Origin: Escherichia coli
GTDB taxonomy: Bacteria > Pseudomonadota > Gammaproteobacteria > Enterobacterales > Enterobacteriaceae
Strand: one strand, 5' to 3'
Assembly: GCF_965641715.1 (NCBI RefSeq)
Contig: NZ_OZ282453.1
Length of the DNA stretch: 64,000 nt
Below the pieces are notes generated by a model. It ran no database searches and was not told the origin of the DNA. It worked only from the letters and a program-made list of their open reading frames with translations. The translations under genes and the position numbers were made by a program. Each line of letters opens with the position of its first letter. The stretch's first letter is position 1. Below are positions 57,718 to 64,000 of this stretch, in pieces.

Positions 57718-57802
57718 TGAATATTTTTCCCGCCGATTGCGCAAGGACAATCGGCAAACGGTGCAGTACACTGCGTTGATTGCGTGTAAAGGGATGAAAA
57801 TG

Positions 57803-58813
57803 ATGACGACGATGCTGGAAGTGGCGAAGCGCGCCGGGGTTTCAAAAGCGACCGTTTCCCGCGTGCTTTCAGGTAATGGCTACGTCAGCCAGGAGACTAA
57901 AGATCGCGTGTTTCAGGCGGTAGAAGAGAGCGGTTACCGCCCAAATTTGCTGGCCCGCAATCTGTCGGCGAAAAGTACCCAGACGCTGGGGCTGGTAGTG
58001 ACTAACACGCTTTACCACGGCATTTATTTTAGTGAATTACTGTTTCATGCCGCGCGAATGGCGGAAGAGAAAGGGCGGCAGTTGCTATTGGCAGATGGTA
58101 AACACAGCGCCGAAGAAGAGCGCCAGGCGATTCAGTATCTGCTGGATTTGCGCTGCGACGCCATTATGATTTACCCGCGTTTTTTAAGTGTGGATGAGAT
58201 CGATGACATCATTGACGCGCACAGTCAGCCGATAATGGTGCTTAATCGCCGCCTGCGCAAAAATAGCAGCCATAGCGTCTGGTGCGATCATAAACAGACC
58301 AGCTTTAACGCCGTGGCAGAGTTGATAAACGCCGGGCATCAGGAGATTGCTTTCCTTACTGGCTCGATGGATTCCCCCACCAGCATTGAACGTCTTGCCG
58401 GGTATAAAGACGCGCTGGCGCAGCATGGTATTGCTCTCAATGAAAAACTTATCGCTAACGGTAAATGGACGCCCGCCAGCGGGGCCGAAGGTGTAGAAAT
58501 GTTGCTCGAACGTGGGGCTAAATTTAGCGCGTTAGTTGCCAGTAACGACGATATGGCGATAGGTGCGATGAAAGCGTTACACGAGCGCGGCGTAGCGGTG
58601 CCAGAGCAGGTGTCAGTTATCGGATTCGATGATATCGCAATTGCCCCCTACATCGTTCCGGCGCTCTCCAGCGTAAAAATTCCGGTGACTGAGATGATTC
58701 AGGAAATTATTGGACGGCTGATTTTTATGCTCGATGGCGGGGATTTCTCACCGCCGAAAACCTTCAGCGGAAAACTGATCCGCCGCGACTCACTCATTGC
58801 TCTTTCGCGATAA
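57803..58813 (+). CDS. ascG: LacI-family repressor of asc operon
   Basis: ORF 57737..58813; likely start near 57794-57803 giving MTTMLEVAKRAGVSKATVSRVLSG (HTH); periplasmic-binding-protein-like effector domain. Confidence 0.93.
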   Translation: MTTMLEVAKRAGVSKATVSRVLSGNGYVSQETKDRVFQAVEESGYRPNLLARNLSAKSTQTLGLVVTNTLYHGIYFSELLFHAARMAEEKGRQLLLADGKHSAEEERQAIQYLLDLRCDAIMIYPRFLSVDEIDDIIDAHSQPIMVLNRRLRKNSSHSVWCDHKQTSFNAVAELINAGHQEIAFLTGSMDSPTSIERLAGYKDALAQHGIALNEKLIANGKWTPASGAEGVEMLLERGAKFSALVASNDDMAIGAMKALHERGVAVPEQVSVIGFDDIAIAPYIVPALSSVKIPVTEMIQEIIGRLIFMLDGGDFSPPKTFSGKLIRRDSLIALSR

Positions 58814-58826
58814 ACATTGTCATCAC

Positions 58827-58860
58827 ATGTCATCGTCACTAGTGTCGATGACATCTTTTT
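58827..58860 (+). terminator. Inverted repeat followed by T-run after ascG: candidate terminator and/or FhlA-type site for hydN
   Basis: TGTCATCG-N10-CGATGACA followed by TCTTTTTT; contains TGTCGATGACA, which resembles the hyc/hyp UAS motif. Confidence 0.45.
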
Positions 58861-58961
58861 TCCTGCATTACAGAAATTAATTTCCTTAAATAACAGCAAA
58901 TTAAAAACTGGCATGATTTGTGAATGTATCGGCGCATTAACTGTCATTGCTGGAGAATTTG

Positions 58962-59489
58962 ATGAACCGTTTCATCATTGCTGACGCGAGTAAATGTATT
59001 GGTTGCCGTACCTGTGAAGTGGCGTGCGTGGTTTCTCATCAGGAAAATCAGGACTGTGCATCGCTGACCCCGGAAACATTTTTACCGCGTATCCATGTCA
59101 TTAAAGGTGTGAACATTTCCACGGCGACAGTTTGCCGTCAGTGTGAAGATGCACCGTGCGCTAACGTCTGCCCGAATGGTGCTATCAGCCGTGATAAAGG
59201 GTTTGTTCATGTGATGCAGGAACGTTGCATTGGTTGCAAAACCTGCGTTGTGGCTTGCCCGTATGGCGCGATGGAAGTGGTGGTACGTCCGGTGATTCGC
59301 AACAGCGGCGCAGGGCTGAATGTACGGGCTGACAAAGCCGAAGCCAATAAATGCGACCTGTGCAACCATCGTGAAGATGGTCCGGCGTGTATGGCGGCTT
59401 GCCCGACTCATGCGCTGATTTGTGTCGATCGTAATAAACTTGAACAACTGAGCGCAGAAAAACGTCGCCGTACGGCGCTGATGTTCTAA
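58962..59489 (+). CDS. hydN: Electron transport protein HydN, 4Fe-4S ferredoxin (175 aa)
   Basis: ORF 58947..59489; start giving [22 protein letters not shown]; multiple CxxCxxCxxxCP motifs. Confidence 0.93.
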   Translation: MNRFIIADASKCIGCRTCEVACVVSHQENQDCASLTPETFLPRIHVIKGVNISTATVCRQCEDAPCANVCPNGAISRDKGFVHVMQERCIGCKTCVVACPYGAMEVVVRPVIRNSGAGLNVRADKAEANKCDLCNHREDGPACMAACPTHALICVDRNKLEQLSAEKRRRTALMF

Positions 59490-59641
59490 AAATCTTACAG
59501 AACTGTTCTGGCATCAAAGGAATTCCCGGAAATATTCGTAGAATACGAAGCGGGCAGTATCGCCGACCTGTGACTGCCGGATGCGACGCTGTCGTGTCCG
59601 GCAGGGCGGGTTACGCAATTCATGATGGCGGGAATAACTCA

Positions 59642-61894
59642 ATGGCAAAAAACACATCTTGCGGTGTCCAACTGCGTATTCGTGGCAAAGTGCAGGGCGT
59701 CGGTTTTCGTCCGTTTGTCTGGCAACTGGCACAGCAATTAAATCTTCACGGCGATGTCTGTAATGACGGCGATGGAGTAGAAGTCCGGCTGCTGGAAGAC
59801 CCGGAAACGTTTCTTGTTCAATTGCATCAGCACTGCCCGCCGCTGGCGCGTATTGATAGCGTCGAGCGTGAGCCGTTTATCTGGTCACAGCCGCCCATCG
59901 AGTTCACCATCCGCCAGAGCACAGGCGGCACCATGAATACGCAAATTGTTCCCGATGCCGCCACTTGCCCTGCCTGTCTTGCCGAAATGAATACCCCAGG
60001 CGAGCGGCGTTATCGTTATCCGTTTATCAACTGTACTCACTGTGGTCCGCGTTTCACCATTATTCGCGCCATGCCTTACGACCGCCCGTTTACCGTAATG
60101 GCGGCGTTTCCGCTGTGTCCAGCCTGTGATAAAGAATACCGCGACCCGCTCGATCGCCGCTTCCACGCCCAGCCGGTGGCCTGCCCGGAGTGTGGTCCGC
60201 ATCTTGAATGGGTAAGTCATGGTGAACATGCAGAACAAGAGGCGGCATTACAGGCAGCTATCGCACAGTTAAAAATGGGCAACATTGTCGCCATCAAAGG
60301 AATTGGCGGATTTCATCTCGCCTGCGATGCGCGCAACCGTAACGCTGTGGCGACACTGCGGGCGCGCAAACATCGCCCAGCGAAACCGCTGGCGGTCATG
60401 TTGCCAGTGGCAGAAGGCTTACCTGACGCTGCGCGCCAGTTGCTTACCACGCCCGCCGCGCCGATTGTGCTGGTGGATAAAAAATACGTTCCTGAACTTT
60501 GTGACGATATCGCCCCTGGCCTTAACGAAGTCGGGGTGATGTTGCCTGCGAATCCGCTTCAGCATTTGCTGTTACAGGAACTGCAATGCCCGCTGGTGAT
60601 GACCTCTGGCAACCTGAGCGGTAAACCACCGGCTATCAGCAACGAACAGGCGCTGGCGGATTTGCAGGGCATTGCCGACGGATTCTTGATACATAACCGC
60701 GACATCGTACAGCGGATGGATGATTCGGTGGTGCGCGAAAGCGGCGAAATGCTGCGCCGTTCGCGGGGGTATGTGCCGGACGCGCTGTCTTTGCCTCCGG
60801 GCTTTAAAAATGTTCCGCCTGTGCTGTGTCTCGGCGCGGATCTGAAAAATACCTTCTGCCTGGTGCGCGGTGAACAAGCGGTGTTGAGCCAGCATCTGGG
60901 CGATTTAAGTGACGATGGCATCCAGATGCAGTGGCGCGAAGCGTTACGCCTGATGCAAAACATCTACGATTTCACCCCGCAATACGTTGTGCATGACGCA
61001 CATCCTGGCTATGTCTCCAGCCAGTGGGCGCGCGAAATGAATCTGCCGACGCAAACGGTACTGCATCATCATGCCCATGCAGCGGCGTGTCTGGCAGAAC
61101 ATCACTGGCCGCTGGATGGCGGTGATGTCATTGCTTTGACGCTCGACGGTATCGGTATGGGGGAGAACGGCGCTTTGTGGGGCGGCGAGTGCCTGCGGGT
61201 GAACTATCGCGAATGTGAGCACCTGGGCGGCTTGCCTGCAGTGGCGCTTCCGGGTGGCGATTTGGCGGCGAAGCAGCCGTGGCGTAACCTGCTGGCGCAG
61301 TGCCTGCGCTTTGTGCCGGAGTGGCAGAATTACCCTGAAACGGCAAGTGTGCAACAGCAAAACTGGAGCGTACTGGCGCGGGCCATTGAGCGTGGAATTA
61401 ACGCGCCGCTGGCGTCATCGTGTGGGCGGGTGTTCGATGCAGTGGCGGCGGCACTGGGCTGTGCGCCAGCCACATTAAGTTATGAAGGTGAAGCGGCTTG
61501 TGCTCTGGAGGCGCTCGCAGATTCGTGCGACGGAGTGACGCATCCGGTGACGATGCCGCGGGTGGACAATCAACTGGATCTCGCCACTTTCTGGCAGCAG
61601 TGGCTGAACTGGCAGGCACCGGTTAATCAACGCGCGTGGGCGTTTCATGATGCGCTGGCGCAGGGTTTTGCCGCGTTGATGCGTGAGCAGGCCACGATGC
61701 GTGGTATCACTACGCTGGTATTTAGCGGCGGGGTTATTCATAACCGTTTGCTGCGTGCACGTCTGGCGCATTATCTCGCTGATTTCACATTGCTCATTCC
61801 ACAGAGTTTACCGGCGGGTGATGGCGGTTTGTCTCTGGGGCAGGGGGTTATTGCTGCGGCGCGTTGGTTAGCGGGTGAAGTCCAGAACGGATAA
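59642..61894 (+). CDS. hypF: Carbamoyltransferase HypF, [NiFe]-hydrogenase maturation (750 aa)
   Basis: ORF 59570..61894; start giving [30 protein letters not shown] (acylphosphatase domain); two CxxC-x18-CxxC zinc fingers; YrdC and Kae1-like domains. Confidence 0.95.
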   Translation: MAKNTSCGVQLRIRGKVQGVGFRPFVWQLAQQLNLHGDVCNDGDGVEVRLLEDPETFLVQLHQHCPPLARIDSVEREPFIWSQPPIEFTIRQSTGGTMNTQIVPDAATCPACLAEMNTPGERRYRYPFINCTHCGPRFTIIRAMPYDRPFTVMAAFPLCPACDKEYRDPLDRRFHAQPVACPECGPHLEWVSHGEHAEQEAALQAAIAQLKMGNIVAIKGIGGFHLACDARNRNAVATLRARKHRPAKPLAVMLPVAEGLPDAARQLLTTPAAPIVLVDKKYVPELCDDIAPGLNEVGVMLPANPLQHLLLQELQCPLVMTSGNLSGKPPAISNEQALADLQGIADGFLIHNRDIVQRMDDSVVRESGEMLRRSRGYVPDALSLPPGFKNVPPVLCLGADLKNTFCLVRGEQAVLSQHLGDLSDDGIQMQWREALRLMQNIYDFTPQYVVHDAHPGYVSSQWAREMNLPTQTVLHHHAHAAACLAEHHWPLDGGDVIALTLDGIGMGENGALWGGECLRVNYRECEHLGGLPAVALPGGDLAAKQPWRNLLAQCLRFVPEWQNYPETASVQQQNWSVLARAIERGINAPLASSCGRVFDAVAAALGCAPATLSYEGEAACALEALADSCDGVTHPVTMPRVDNQLDLATFWQQWLNWQAPVNQRAWAFHDALAQGFAALMREQATMRGITTLVFSGGVIHNRLLRARLAHYLADFTLLIPQSLPAGDGGLSLGQGVIAAARWLAGEVQNG

Positions 61895-61904
61895 AACGTG
61901 TTGC

Positions 61905-62310
<406 letters not shown>

Positions 62311-62313
62311 CAC

Positions 62314-63447
62314 CTACACCGGCAACGTTTTCAACAATCCAAATGCCTCTTTCATCCGATCCTCACTTACCACAAAGGCGCGAAGCTGGTCAGCATCGTC
62401 AACGCCGCGCGCCACCATTCCCTGGCGTTCGGTATTAATCTGCCAACGTAAATCCTGACGCTGGGTTTCGCCTGCCAGATGCAGCGGTAATTCCGGCGTT
62501 TTGATTTTCACCAGCATCGCCGGTAGTTTCAGCGGCGTGTTATTGCCGAGAAGATTTTTTGCCAGCACCATCGCGCTAAGTTGAATCGGCTGCAGGAACG
62601 GCAGTACCTGACCGTTAATTTCCGCGCAATCGCCCAGCGCGTAAATATCGGCATTACTGGTTTGCAGATAACTATCGACGCAAACGCCGCGATTAATCGT
62701 CAGCCCGGCGCGTCGTGCCAGGGCGGTTTCCGGGCGCAGTCCGGTGGCGGCAATTACCGCATCCACTTCGATACTGCGCTGGCGGTCCAGCGTTGCCAGA
62801 ATGCCAGAATCCGTTTTTTCCAGCCCATGCAACTGAGATTTCAACAGCAGATGAACGCCCATCTCCGTCAACCGATGCTGCAAGCGGCTGCTTACTTCCG
62901 GTGGCATTAACGACGCCAGAATACTGGTAGCGTTGTCGATTAGCGTAACCATTTTGCCTGCACGACAAAAATCCATCGCCAGTTCGCTACCAATCAAACC
63001 ACCGCCAACAATCAACACGCGTCGGGCATCCCGCAGTTGCGTTTCACAGGCGCGATACTCTTGCTGACTATTTAACGTCAGCATTAACTCACGCCCAGGC
63101 ACAGGCGGGACAAAGGCACTGGCACCGGTTGCCAGTACTAGCTTGTCGTATTGCCACTGATTATTCTGGCTTTTCACCACACGGGCTTCGGCATCGATAT
63201 CCGTCACCCAGGTGTGCGGAAACAGGTGCAGATTAAACTGCTCGGCAAATTCACCCGCCGTCTGGCGGGTAAGGTCATCGGCACGTTGCCCCTGACTGAT
63301 AACATGGCTGAGGTCAGGTTTGTTGTACTCATCCATGCTGTCGGCGGCAATCAGGGTTAATGGAATAGTGGCGTCCTGTTTGCGAATATTTTTCACCAGT
63401 TGGCGGGCGGCGAAGCCCGAACCAATGATCACAATGCCGTTACTCAT
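62314..63447 (-). CDS. norW: Nitric oxide reductase FlRd-NAD(+) reductase (377 aa)
   Basis: 377 aa, N-terminus [23 protein letters not shown]; FAD/NAD Rossmann motifs. Confidence 0.95.
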   Translation of the reverse strand: MSNGIVIIGSGFAARQLVKNIRKQDATIPLTLIAADSMDEYNKPDLSHVISQGQRADDLTRQTAGEFAEQFNLHLFPHTWVTDIDAEARVVKSQNNQWQYDKLVLATGASAFVPPVPGRELMLTLNSQQEYRACETQLRDARRVLIVGGGLIGSELAMDFCRAGKMVTLIDNATSILASLMPPEVSSRLQHRLTEMGVHLLLKSQLHGLEKTDSGILATLDRQRSIEVDAVIAATGLRPETALARRAGLTINRGVCVDSYLQTSNADIYALGDCAEINGQVLPFLQPIQLSAMVLAKNLLGNNTPLKLPAMLVKIKTPELPLHLAGETQRQDLRWQINTERQGMVARGVDDADQLRAFVVSEDRMKEAFGLLKTLPV

Positions 63448-64000
63448 TTTGCCTCCGATGCCAGTTCTTCAAAGACGTCTTTGCCGAGGGAGCATTCCGG
63501 GCAGAGGAAGTTATCCGGGACTTCACTCCACGGCGTTCCTGGCGCAACGTCCTGCATTGGCTCGCCTTTTGCCGGATCGTAAATCCACTGGCAGACGCTG
63601 CACTGCATCCGTGGGCCGAGGTCAGCCGTCGTGGTGGCAGAGGTTTCTTCTTTAACTACCGTATTCACCGTGCTCTGCGGCAGCGGCGCGAGCGCCCACT
63701 GACGGGCGATTTCGCGACCGTGTTCACGGCATAACTCCAGAGCGTCCTGGTCTGGTCGCCATTTCGCTTTCAGGCTAAGCGACATTTCGAAACCCGCATC
63801 CTGCAGGCGCGTGGAAAGACGATCCACCGCACCGCCGCTCCAGCCGTGAGAGCCGAAAGCACTGGCGCGTTTGTTACGGAAGCGTAATCCGGTCATCTCC
63901 TCCACCAGCCCGGCGATTTTCGGCATCATCACGTTATTCATCGTCGAAGTGCCGACCAGCACGCCTTTTGAGCGGAAGACATTGGTCAGGATTTCGTTTT
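63444..64000 (-). CDS. norV: Anaerobic nitric oxide reductase flavorubredoxin, C-terminal part (5' end outside window)
   Basis: Frame open to window edge; C-terminal rubredoxin motif [10 protein letters not shown]...CPEC; stop overlaps norW start. Confidence 0.9.
   Translation of the reverse strand, partial: NEILTNVFRSKGVLVGTSTMNNVMMPKIAGLVEEMTGLRFRNKRASAFGSHGWSGGAVDRLSTRLQDAGFEMSLSLKAKWRPDQDALELCREHGREIARQWALAPLPQSTVNTVVKEETSATTTADLGPRMQCSVCQWIYDPAKGEPMQDVAPGTPWSEVPDNFLCPECSLGKDVFEELASEAK

Noticed and set aside
58870-58961. sigma-54 promoter call for hydN at TGGCATGATTTGTGAA
   Set aside because: The -12 element lacks the conserved GC, so it is only mentioned as a possibility and not annotated as a feature.

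Overview
This window reads as an Escherichia coli chromosomal segment, in inverted orientation relative to K-12 coordinates, running ygcU-ygcSRQ / ygcPON-queD / cysJIH / a complete type I-E CRISPR-Cas locus with a 10-spacer array / iap / cysDNC-ygbE-ftsB-ispDF-truD-surE-pcm-nlpD-rpoS / a variable rpoS-mutS island / pphB-mutS / ygbA / fhlA-hypEDCBA / hycABCDEFGHI / ascBF-ascG / hydN-hypF / norW-norV (partial). All calls come from reading the supplied six-frame translations and the DNA by eye; no database search was run. Gene names are assigned from recognised N-termini, lengths and synteny, and every statement about what K-12 has or lacks at a position is from memory and needs an alignment to confirm. 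Core genes look intact. Three places appear to depart from the K-12 gene order and are the most interesting: (1) a roughly 1.7 kb islet between hycI and ascB carrying a signal-peptide protein of unknown function plus a HigB/HigA-like toxin-antitoxin pair; (2) a standalone tandem-Mop (TOBE) molbindin gene between ygbA and fhlA; (3) the rpoS-mutS island, where a MarR-family regulator and a UbiX/UbiD-type decarboxylase module sit in place of the K-12 ygbI-ygbN genes. I did not find a clearly undescribed system beyond these. Other observations include divergent sigma-54 promoters and a conserved motif repeated at three formate-regulon promoters, REP/BIME elements including a 4-copy tandem array, and several operator-like palindromes.
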